Shown here piece by piece: positions 9,001-16,701 of a DNA stretch of 32,000 nucleotides. Numbering within the stretch: position 1 is the first letter of the stretch; each line of letters begins with the position of its first letter. Source of the DNA: Promethearchaeum syntrophicum. Its GTDB lineage: Archaea; Asgardarchaeota; Lokiarchaeia; Sigyniarchaeales; Promethearchaeaceae. The stretch lies in NCBI RefSeq assembly GCF_008000775.2, contig NZ_CP042905.2, positions 3,180,001 to 3,212,000 of the forward strand. The letters run 5' to 3'. The position numbers were made by a program, and so were the translations under genes. The notes beneath the pieces are model-generated. The model was not told where the DNA came from. It did no database searches and was given only the letters and a program-made list of their open reading frames with translations.

Positions 9001-10818
9001 GTGATCTCAATGGTTGCAAAAAAAAAAATCAGTGAAAGAAAGATTAGAAGTCCGATTATAACAGTTTTAGGACACATCGATCACGGTAAGACTACATTGC
9101 TTGATTATATTAGGGGAACAATTGTCCAAAAAAGAGAAGCAGCTGGTATCACCCAGCATATAGGGGCAAGTTTTTTCCCAATGGATACAATTTTAGATTT
9201 TTGTAAAGCGCCTGAATCTTTACGGAAAAAAATAACTATTCCAGGTTTATTAGTAATTGATACCCCAGGACACACAGCATTTATGAATCTAAGAAAAAGA
9301 GGAGGCGCAGTTGCAGATTTCGCCGTTTTGGTCATTGAAATGCCCACTGGACCCATGCAAACTACGTGGGAAGCAGTTAGAATCCTCAGAGATAAAAAAG
9401 TCCCATTTATAATCGCAGCCAATAAAATTGATAGAATAAATGGTTGGAAACCTGAAAAAGATGCCGATTTCATGGAGTCCTATAATAAACAAAATAAATT
9501 CACAAAGGAATTACTTGATAAATACCTATATGAGACAATTGGATTGTTTTATGAAGAGGAATTCCCTGGTATTGAACGTTATGATAGAATTCAAGATTTT
9601 ACAAAGAATTTGGCGATTGTTCCCACCTCTGCAAAAACCGGGGAAGGAATTCCGACTTTATTAATAGTCTTACTAGGAATAGTGCAACAATATCTCCAAA
9701 AAAAAATAGAATATACGGATGGACCTGCTCAAGGTGTCGTATTAGAAGTTAAAAAGGAGACAGGTTATGGAATGACTTTAGATTGTATTATTTTCGATGG
9801 TCATTTGGAAAAGGGACAACAAATCGTAGTCGGAGGTCTTAATGGTCCAATTACCACCCATATACGCGCCCTTTTAACCCCAAAAGAGCTTGATGAAATT
9901 AGAGATCCATCAAAAAAATTCTCCCAAAATGAGATCATATATGCAGCTGCAGGAGTAAAAATCTTAGCACCTGGAATTGAGGATGTAGTAGCGGGAGCAC
10001 CTTTACGGGCGGTTGGCTCAGAAGATAACATTGATGATATTGTTAAAATTATTAGGGAAGAATTAGAAACAATAAATATTTCTACAGATGATGAAGGAAT
10101 TATTCTTAAAGCAGATACATTGGGTTCTTTAGAAGCAGCAGCTTTACTTTTCAAACAGGAAGGATTTTCAATAAGAAAGGCAGAAGTAGGAGCAATTACA
10201 AAAAAGGATGTAGCTGATGCAGTGGCAGCCAGAGAAGTTGATGAATATTCAGGTCAAATCTGCGCGTTTAATGTAAAAATCCTCCCCGATGCTGAAAATG
10301 AAGCCTTAGATCAAAATATCAGGGTATTTCAATCTCCGGTTGTATACCGAATTGTAGAAGATTATAAAGAATATATTACTTCGAGGAAAAATGATGAAAT
10401 TACTAACGTAATGAATGAATTGACATTGCCGGGGAAGATTTCTATACTTCCGCAATATATCTTTCGTCGATCAGGTCCATTAGTTGTTGGGGTTTTAGTT
10501 GAAGGAGGAAAAATTATCCCGAAAATGAAACTTATAAATCAAGATGGAAAAACAGTAGGTACGTTACATTCGATTAAAAAAGATAATAAAAATGTTAAAC
10601 AAGCCATAAAAGGAGAAGAAGTAGCAATTTCTATCACTGGAGGCGTTCTTGGAAGAAATGTACACGAAACGGATAAATTATATCTGAAAGCCCCAGAAAG
10701 TCACATTAGACAACTTAGAACCAGATTTCGAGATGAATTAGCCCCGGAAACTTTGGAGATATTAATCGAATATGTGAAAATAATGAGAAAGCTCGACAAT
10801 CTGTATTGGGCAGCATGA
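9001..10818 (+). CDS. infB: Translation initiation factor aIF5B (IF-2/eIF5B family); ATG at 9010 is the likely start
   Basis: G1 motif GHIDHGKTTLLDYIRG, G3 DTPGHTAF, G4 NKID; eIF5B-type length and C-terminus. SD-like GGTGAT at 9000-9005 precedes ATG 9010. Confidence 0.97.
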   Translation: MISMVAKKKISERKIRSPIITVLGHIDHGKTTLLDYIRGTIVQKREAAGITQHIGASFFPMDTILDFCKAPESLRKKITIPGLLVIDTPGHTAFMNLRKRGGAVADFAVLVIEMPTGPMQTTWEAVRILRDKKVPFIIAANKIDRINGWKPEKDADFMESYNKQNKFTKELLDKYLYETIGLFYEEEFPGIERYDRIQDFTKNLAIVPTSAKTGEGIPTLLIVLLGIVQQYLQKKIEYTDGPAQGVVLEVKKETGYGMTLDCIIFDGHLEKGQQIVVGGLNGPITTHIRALLTPKELDEIRDPSKKFSQNEIIYAAAGVKILAPGIEDVVAGAPLRAVGSEDNIDDIVKIIREELETINISTDDEGIILKADTLGSLEAAALLFKQEGFSIRKAEVGAITKKDVADAVAAREVDEYSGQICAFNVKILPDAENEALDQNIRVFQSPVVYRIVEDYKEYITSRKNDEITNVMNELTLPGKISILPQYIFRRSGPLVVGVLVEGGKIIPKMKLINQDGKTVGTLHSIKKDNKNVKQAIKGEEVAISITGGVLGRNVHETDKLYLKAPESHIRQLRTRFRDELAPETLEILIEYVKIMRKLDNLYWAA

Positions 10819-10984
10819 TTTCTAATCACTAATAAAAAGAGTTATATTTCATTTATGGGTATCCATTGGATCAACTATTTTTTTTTTGGGAATTCTAAAT
10901 CCTGAAGTATTCGATTTATCTGGTTAAAAATGAAGCAGGAATTATTAATGAGAAAATCTCTGATTTTGATTTTTCTAATTTAAG

Positions 10985-11197
10985 AAAACAAGATAATTAT
11001 AGTTTTCTAATATGATAAAAAATAGTAATAAATGATAAAAAAAAGTATTTATGAATTTCGAGAAAAGCCCGTAAAGCTCAGCATCATTCAAGATTATTCA
11101 CTAATTATATATTAACCATATGATCCAAGTAATAACTCCTTAATTTTACTCCCAATTTAAGTAAACAAGAAAATTATAGCTTTCTAATATGATAAAA
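10985..11197. repeat. Pair of about 35-bp direct repeats (10985..11019 and 11163..11197), about 33/35 identical
   Basis: AAACAAGATAATTATAGTTTTCTAATATGATAAAA versus AAACAAGAAAATTATAGCTTTCTAATATGATAAAA. Confidence 0.8.
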
Positions 11198-11239
11198 GAG
11201 TAAGTAAGATTTATTAAACCTTTTTTATATATATACGTT

Positions 11240-12382
11240 ATGAATAAAAAGTATTCTAAAGATCTCAGTTTTCGCGATCTTCTAATTATTATAATGTTAT
11301 CACTACTACAAACAACTTTGATAACAGCTCTGTTGAATAACTTGATCTTTCAAGAAAATTTCTATCTGTACGCGGGCTTATTTGCATTTTTACTATTCCA
11401 ATTAGTTTTTATTTTTCCCCCCGGTTATCGTCAGCCCAATTTGAATGATTTTCGGATATTAATTAAGAAAATTTGGCCAATTTTACTAGAAATAATCTTA
11501 GAATTCGCTTTTTTTATATATTTCAAACAAAAAATAAATAATACTGGATGGGAATCCTATTCGTCCGGTACAATCACTATGTTTCATCATTATTCGTTTG
11601 TATATCATTTTATTTTACTCATTCCATTGTACACTTTTTGCTTGTGGCAATTTAAAAACTATCAAATGAAAATAAATATTGATAATGAAGCTATTCCTGT
11701 AAGCAATAAACAATTTCTTCAACACTTAATAATGAGTTTGATAACTATTGCATCTCCTTTTGCAATTTACTTATTAATTACTGAACTTGATGTAAACTCG
11801 AATTGGGAATCAGAAATGGTATATTTTGGATGTATGTTGCTTCCATTTATCCTAAATTTGATTGTTCTAAAGGCATTTCTCCCTTTTTCGGTTTTTCATC
11901 CTTTAAATCTAATTAAACTCTTAATTCTTTATCTTTCTTGGCATTGGATTGTCTTATGGAATGTTGCTTCTGTTATTATATATTATAACTCTGTTTTTTA
12001 TCAAGTCTTAGGATTGATTTCCATTCTTGGTATGTTAATATTGTTATATTATTTTCAACTGAACCTAGAAAAGTCGTGTGGTTTACCAATAGCTGCACAA
12101 CTCCCAGAAAATACACATATTTCAAACTTAGAAGGAAAAAAAGAACTTAAATTAACTAATCCACAATTTAATTGTCCGACGTGTGGTAATCAGTTAAATT
12201 CCCAAATGGTAAAAGAATTATCTGAAGAAAATAACATATTTTGTAGTTATTGTGGTGAAAAAATTCGATATCAAGAAGTTTTTCAGCTTCCTAAGGAAAA
12301 GATACTCTCCAAACATCAAGAAATTCTAAAAAAAGTCCAACAATCAAATTCTGAACTGAATTCTCATATTAATAATCCATGA
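11240..12382 (+). CDS. Multi-pass membrane protein with C-terminal cytosolic zinc ribbon
   Basis: Multiple hydrophobic segments, then CPTCGNQLNSQMVKELSEENNIFCSYCGEKI (CxxC...CxxC). Confidence 0.6.
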   Translation: MNKKYSKDLSFRDLLIIIMLSLLQTTLITALLNNLIFQENFYLYAGLFAFLLFQLVFIFPPGYRQPNLNDFRILIKKIWPILLEIILEFAFFIYFKQKINNTGWESYSSGTITMFHHYSFVYHFILLIPLYTFCLWQFKNYQMKINIDNEAIPVSNKQFLQHLIMSLITIASPFAIYLLITELDVNSNWESEMVYFGCMLLPFILNLIVLKAFLPFSVFHPLNLIKLLILYLSWHWIVLWNVASVIIYYNSVFYQVLGLISILGMLILLYYFQLNLEKSCGLPIAAQLPENTHISNLEGKKELKLTNPQFNCPTCGNQLNSQMVKELSEENNIFCSYCGEKIRYQEVFQLPKEKILSKHQEILKKVQQSNSELNSHINNP

Positions 12383-12398
12383 AAGGGGAATTTAAATA

Positions 12399-12659
12399 AT
12401 GCCAAAATCATCTAAAGAAAAACAAGAGTACGCTAATTTTCTTTTACAAAAAGGAATTTCTTATGCCCAAATCCAAGAAGAATTGAAAAATAGATATGGA
12501 AGTGGAATGTCCAACACAACACTCCAACGAATGATTTTAGAAACAGATCGAATCAAAGAATTGGAGGATAAAATGAAAGATATTTCCTTAGAATTAAAAA
12601 TGTATAAAAAGATGTATTATGAATTGTTAGAAGCCGTAAAAGAAAAAATCAAAGAATGA
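12399..12659 (+). CDS. Small HTH-like/coiled-coil protein
   Basis: 86 aa; NFLLQKGISYAQIQEELKNRYGSGMSNTTLQRM helix-turn-helix-like segment followed by a predicted coiled coil; begins 16 nt after the preceding gene. Confidence 0.5.
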   Translation: MPKSSKEKQEYANFLLQKGISYAQIQEELKNRYGSGMSNTTLQRMILETDRIKELEDKMKDISLELKMYKKMYYELLEAVKEKIKE

Positions 12660-12816
12660 TGAAAGGAAATCCATAATTTTTTTTTTAATGATACATTTTA
12701 AAATTTACTCGATTCCGAAACTTCTTGAAAAAGAGATGCATTTTACTATGCAGGGAAAATGGCCCGGGTACATAAAGATTATATTTTAATGACCTGACCA
12801 AGGTGAGTGATATCCA

Positions 12817-13224
12817 ATGAGTGAAGAATTAACACATAAAATCAATATTTCTGCTGGAAAAGACGCTCCAGAAGAATTTCGTGGTCAAACCAAAGTTATT
12901 CAATTAGATCCTTCTAAATTTCCTTTAGTGGGGAAAAAAATTGGAGAAACATTTAATGGTGGGATCATTGGTTTACCTGGTTATGAACTGAAAATTACTG
13001 GTGGTTCAGACCGTGGAGGTATACCAATGAGAATGGATGTGCACGGTCCTATAAAAAGAAGAATTTTACTTTCAAAAGGTCCATGTTATAAACCAAAAAG
13101 AAAGGGCATTAAACGCCGTAAAATTGTGCTCGGGAACGAAGTAACGGACGGAATCTCACAATTAAATTGTGTAGTGACTAAATTCGGAAAGGAAAAATTA
13201 TTCACTGCAGCAAAGGAGAATTAA
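12817..13224 (+). CDS. rps6e: Small ribosomal subunit protein eS6 (S6e)
   Basis: KVIQLDPSKFPLVGKKIGETFNGGIIGLPGYELKITGGSDRGGIPMRMDVHGPIKRRILLSKGPCYKPKRKGIKRRK, S6e signature. Confidence 0.97.
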   Translation: MSEELTHKINISAGKDAPEEFRGQTKVIQLDPSKFPLVGKKIGETFNGGIIGLPGYELKITGGSDRGGIPMRMDVHGPIKRRILLSKGPCYKPKRKGIKRRKIVLGNEVTDGISQLNCVVTKFGKEKLFTAAKEN

Positions 13225-13256
13225 AGAGCTTTATTGAAGAAACTCGGTGATTTAAA

Positions 13257-13439
13257 ATGGTAAAAATATTAAAGTGTTCATATTGTGGGAAAGATATAAA
13301 CCCGGGAACGGGAATGACCTTTGTAAAAGCGAACGGAGAAATCTTCCAATTTTGTACTAAAAAATGCAGAAAAATGAAGTTACAATTCAAGAAACCCGCC
13401 AGAAAAGTGCGTTGGACTCAATATTACGGTCAAAAATAA
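13257..13439 (+). CDS. rpl24e: Large ribosomal subunit protein eL24 (L24e)
   Basis: CSYCGKDINPGTGMTFVKANGEIFQFCTKKCRKMKLQFKKPARKVRWT, L24e zinc-finger signature. Confidence 0.97.
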   Translation: MVKILKCSYCGKDINPGTGMTFVKANGEIFQFCTKKCRKMKLQFKKPARKVRWTQYYGQK

Positions 13440-13540
13440 GAAAACAGATTAAATAAACGTATAAAGGGTAATTGTTTTTTTTTCCATTTTGTTGAATTTT
13501 TATCAAAAAAATGATTTTTTATTTTAAGAGTTTTAAAATT

Positions 13541-14044
13541 CTATTTGTTAGATAGCTCAGATATATACGTGATACCGTGTTCCACATAGAATTTTAAGAG
13601 AGTTAAAGCTTCTCCCCATCCAGTTGCACATCCCATGAAGGCCTTTCTACCAGATTCAGTATTGTGAAAACCAGATTCAGAAACTCTTACAATAATCCCC
13701 TTAGGTGATTCAATTAGTTCATAAGTGACAGTCGTTGCATAACTTGAATTATCTGGATGCCAGTTAAATTTAAAGTGATTTGGAAATTCTCTTTCCAATA
13801 CTTTCCCCTCATCTTCAATAATGCCTTGAGTGATGTTATTTCGATCAGAAGTCCATTTGAAATACACTCTTCCGCCAGGGGATTTAGCCACAAAAGATTC
13901 TGCTGTAAACCACTCATTCAATCCTTCTGATGTTGTCAGGAGTGTAAAAATTTTCCCGATATCTCCTCGAATTAATGTTCGCTGAATAATTTCTGTATCG
14001 AGTAATAGATTTTCATTTGAAGATTCAGACATATATCTAACCAC
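13541..14044 (-). CDS. AHSA1/SRPBCC (START-like) domain protein
   Basis: TLIRGDIGKIFTLLTTSEGLNEWFTAESFVAKSPGGRVYFKW...; typical Aha1/AHSA1 pattern. Confidence 0.8.
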   Translation of the reverse strand: MVRYMSESSNENLLLDTEIIQRTLIRGDIGKIFTLLTTSEGLNEWFTAESFVAKSPGGRVYFKWTSDRNNITQGIIEDEGKVLEREFPNHFKFNWHPDNSSYATTVTYELIESPKGIIVRVSESGFHNTESGRKAFMGCATGWGEALTLLKFYVEHGITYISELSNK

Positions 14045-14153
14045 TCACTTTCCCAAAATAAATTTAATTGTTTCCAATCCAAATGTTCTTTTCCAAATAG
14101 ACTTCTTCATAAAAAATTTCAAATATTAAAAGAGAAATTATAATTAATAAAAA

Positions 14154-14675
14154 TTAATTTTCTCTTTTATAATAAGATTTGAAATAATTTTGCAGAATTC
14201 TGATATCGTTTTGAATTTTTGAAATTTGAAATTCCTGTAAACGAGTTTTTTGTAGATTTTTCATGATCGACCGTATATTTTGAATTGAATTTTGCTTGTT
14301 TCCAATCATTTCTTTGTACCACGGAAACATCCATAAATGAAAATGAGGACTCCTTTCTTCTTGGATAATTGTGATATTAAGAATACCCCCCAGAGTTTGA
14401 AGAGATTTTCTTGTCTGATAAATAAGTGAACTCAATTCCTCATAAACTATTTCATCCATTTCAGTAATTGAGGAAATATGATTTTTTGAAGCAATAATGA
14501 TGAATCCACTAAGGGGTATCAAAGGGTCTTGATGTATAACAAAATTTTTTGATTCATATATTAATCCAAATGGAGGATTAACTACTTTCTGTGCAATTCC
14601 ACATCCCATACAAATAAAGTTCCATTTTTTTTCCAAAAAATCTGTAAATTCAGATATTGTCTCAGGTTTTTTCAT
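14154..14675 (-). CDS. HIT-like nucleotide-binding/hydrolase family protein
   Basis: FVIHQDPLIPLSGFIIIASKNHISSITEM and HFHLWMFPW (variant HxHxH motif); N-terminal CGIAQKVVNPPFGLIYE. Confidence 0.65.
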   Translation of the reverse strand: MKKPETISEFTDFLEKKWNFICMGCGIAQKVVNPPFGLIYESKNFVIHQDPLIPLSGFIIIASKNHISSITEMDEIVYEELSSLIYQTRKSLQTLGGILNITIIQEERSPHFHLWMFPWYKEMIGNKQNSIQNIRSIMKNLQKTRLQEFQISKIQNDIRILQNYFKSYYKREN

Positions 14676-14760
14676 TATTCTTCTTTCATTTATGGTTTTT
14701 CAATTCATTCATATAAAAATTAAAGTTAAAAAAAAAATCTTAAGATTTGCTTGGTTTCGA

Positions 14761-15531
14761 TTAATCTTTTTTCTTCTTTTTCTTTTCTGGATTGATTTTT
14801 ACCATCAAGAATATCATCAGCCACATGACATAAAGAAAAATAACGCCCAGAACCCAACTACTTTCACCAGCTAACTCTAAGAGCCATTCAATCCCATAAA
14901 TCCCTGCTATAGCCATTATACCCATCATTATAATTTTCCCAATAAACATATAGAAAATTGATTTCTTCGCTGAATACTTAATAAAACCTAAAGGAACTAA
15001 TAGTAGACTATCTGGTAACGGTGTAATCGCAAAAATAGTTACAATCCATGGTATTGCCTTTGGATATTTCATAATGAGTCTTGCCCATCGACCTTGAAGT
15101 TCTGGATCATCTCGTTCAAGGATTTTCTCACTCCCCAATCCTATTACATAATCAAGCATGTCTCCAATGGTATTTGCAATAGCAGCTGCTAATGTCAGAA
15201 CGATAATAAATAATACTGCATTTGGAATTCGTGGGTTTAACCATGCATACGAGAAAGTAGATACTGATATCATATATGGAACAGGTATTGGGATCAATGC
15301 ACCTAAAAAACAAGCGAGCATTGTAAAACCTATCGCAGCCCATATAGATACCGAAGATGTGTCTGATCCGAACCAATTTGCTATGGACAATGCATCACCC
15401 ACATCAGGATTTAACCATGCAAGAACTGCAACAATAGTAATTAATACGAAAAAAATAATTAGAAAAATGTTTGATCCGTTTAATTTCGATTTTTTCTTAG
15501 ATTCACTCATATCATATAATTCATTTCTCAA
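14761..15531 (-). CDS. VTT/DedA (SNARE-associated)-like membrane protein
   Basis: Multi-TM; GALIPIPVPYMISVSTFSYAW...NTIGDMLDYVIGLGSEKILER...TIFAITPLPDSLLLVPLGFIKYSAKKSIFYMFIGKI, similar to YqaA/DedA VTT proteins. Confidence 0.65.
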   Translation of the reverse strand: MRNELYDMSESKKKSKLNGSNIFLIIFFVLITIVAVLAWLNPDVGDALSIANWFGSDTSSVSIWAAIGFTMLACFLGALIPIPVPYMISVSTFSYAWLNPRIPNAVLFIIVLTLAAAIANTIGDMLDYVIGLGSEKILERDDPELQGRWARLIMKYPKAIPWIVTIFAITPLPDSLLLVPLGFIKYSAKKSIFYMFIGKIIMMGIMAIAGIYGIEWLLELAGESSWVLGVIFLYVMWLMIFLMVKINPEKKKKKKD

Positions 15532-15619
15532 TCTTTAAGATTTTTGAGAGTTACATATGTGATTCCAAAATCGAAAATAAATTAAAAATTAATTAGAAAA
15601 AAAAGAAATGATGTATAGA

Positions 15620-15859
15620 TTATCGACGAATCTTTTTAGCTTCTCGTTCGGTTTCCCTAAGGATAACAATATCATCTTTTCGTACAGGTCCCTTTAAATT
15701 ACGAGTGATAATGCGTGCTTTATCCTTCCCATCGAGGACACGAACTTTACATTGCATTATCTCTCCAGTTAGTCCTGTTCGTCCAATAATTTGAATTACT
15801 TGGGCATAACTTTGAAATCTATCATCATCATAGCGTTTAGTTTTTTCTTTCTTTGCCAA
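15620..15859 (-). CDS. rps28e: Small ribosomal subunit protein eS28 (S28e)
   Basis: [56 protein letters not shown]. Confidence 0.96.
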   Translation of the reverse strand: MAKKEKTKRYDDDRFQSYAQVIQIIGRTGLTGEIMQCKVRVLDGKDKARIITRNLKGPVRKDDIVILRETEREAKKIRR

Positions 15860-15875
15860 AATTCATTCCTCCGAA

Positions 15876-16244
15876 TTATTTCCGCAAGTTCGATGTTTGT
15901 TTTAGAATTTCTTTAAAATCTGCTTCAATAGATTTATCAAACTCGAGAATTGCTAATGCAGAACAAGGAGTATGGATTTCTGCTGCTTTTCCTAATTCGG
16001 CTTTGGTATTCACAAATACATAAGGGATTTTCTTTTCTTGAGCAATTGGAGGGAGATGCATTACAATTTCTGCTGGTGAAATATCACTGGCAATAACAAC
16101 CAATTTAGCTTTGGAACGTTCAATAGATTTTGTACATTCATTCATTCCCTTTTTAATTCGACCGTTTTTCTTAACGGTATTCTTCACAAAATCCAGTACT
16201 TTATTTTTTAAAGCATCTGGAACATCATAATCAACATAAGACAT
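15876..16244 (-). CDS. rpl7ae: Large ribosomal subunit protein L7Ae (eL8; K-turn binding)
   Basis: GRIKKGMNECTKSIERSKAKLVVIASDISPAEIVMHLPPIAQEKKIPYVFVNTKAELGKAAEI. Confidence 0.97.
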   Translation of the reverse strand: MSYVDYDVPDALKNKVLDFVKNTVKKNGRIKKGMNECTKSIERSKAKLVVIASDISPAEIVMHLPPIAQEKKIPYVFVNTKAELGKAAEIHTPCSALAILEFDKSIEADFKEILKQTSNLRK

Positions 16245-16474
16245 TTTTTTTTAACCTCATCATCGGTTTTGCATAATTTATTCCAAAAAATGGAACTTTT
16301 GTAGTAAATCCAGCAAAAACCTCATCATTGGTCTTAAAACCAATACATGAATAAAAGTAACATAATAATAAAATTTTTCGATACCAAATTATATCGAATA
16401 AAGAAAATAATCTCAAATTAAAACACAAAATTTTATTTTAATGACGTATTGTTTTATTGTGGAGCTGAAAAAAT

Positions 16475-16675
16475 TTGATCATTCCTGTGCGTTGTTTTTC
16501 CTGTGGTAAACTAATTGCAGATAAATATGAGAGATATATTGAATTAATGGGAGATAATCACCCCATTGAAGAAATTTGGAAAGAATTAGGAATTACCCGA
16601 TTTTGCTGCAAGAGAATGTTTACATCTCACGTGGAAATCGTTGATGATTTGCTCAAATTCAACCGACTGCAATAA
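16475..16675 (+). CDS. rpoN: RNA polymerase subunit N (RPB10 homologue), TTG start
   Basis: MIIPVRCFSCGKLIADKYERY...RFCCKRMFTSHVE is diagnostic of Rpb10/RpoN; GGAGCTGA upstream of the TTG start. Confidence 0.95.
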   Translation: MIIPVRCFSCGKLIADKYERYIELMGDNHPIEEIWKELGITRFCCKRMFTSHVEIVDDLLKFNRLQ

Positions 16676-16701
16676 AAAAGCTTTCTCAATTTCCTATTTT
16701 T

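Noticed and set aside
9105-10154. Antisense and alternate-frame ORFs within aIF5B (9105-9473, 9289-9492, 9440-9664, 9801-10154)
   Set aside because: Overlap a highly conserved GTPase gene; translations look like frame shadows.
12656-12797. C box-like ATGATGA (12656-12662) and D box-like CTGA (12794-12797) as a possible box C/D sRNA
   Set aside because: Spacing of about 140 nt, no terminal stem or C'/D' pair seen, and the C box overlaps the end of the preceding ORF; too weak.
15152-15538. ORFs 15152-15376 (-) and 15158-15538 (+) overlapping the VTT protein
   Set aside because: Alternate-frame shadows of a well-supported membrane protein gene.
16231-16428. 65-aa minus-strand ORF upstream of L7Ae
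   Set aside because: Overlaps the L7Ae start, is Phe/Leu/Cys-rich and low-complexity, and likely covers the promoter region.
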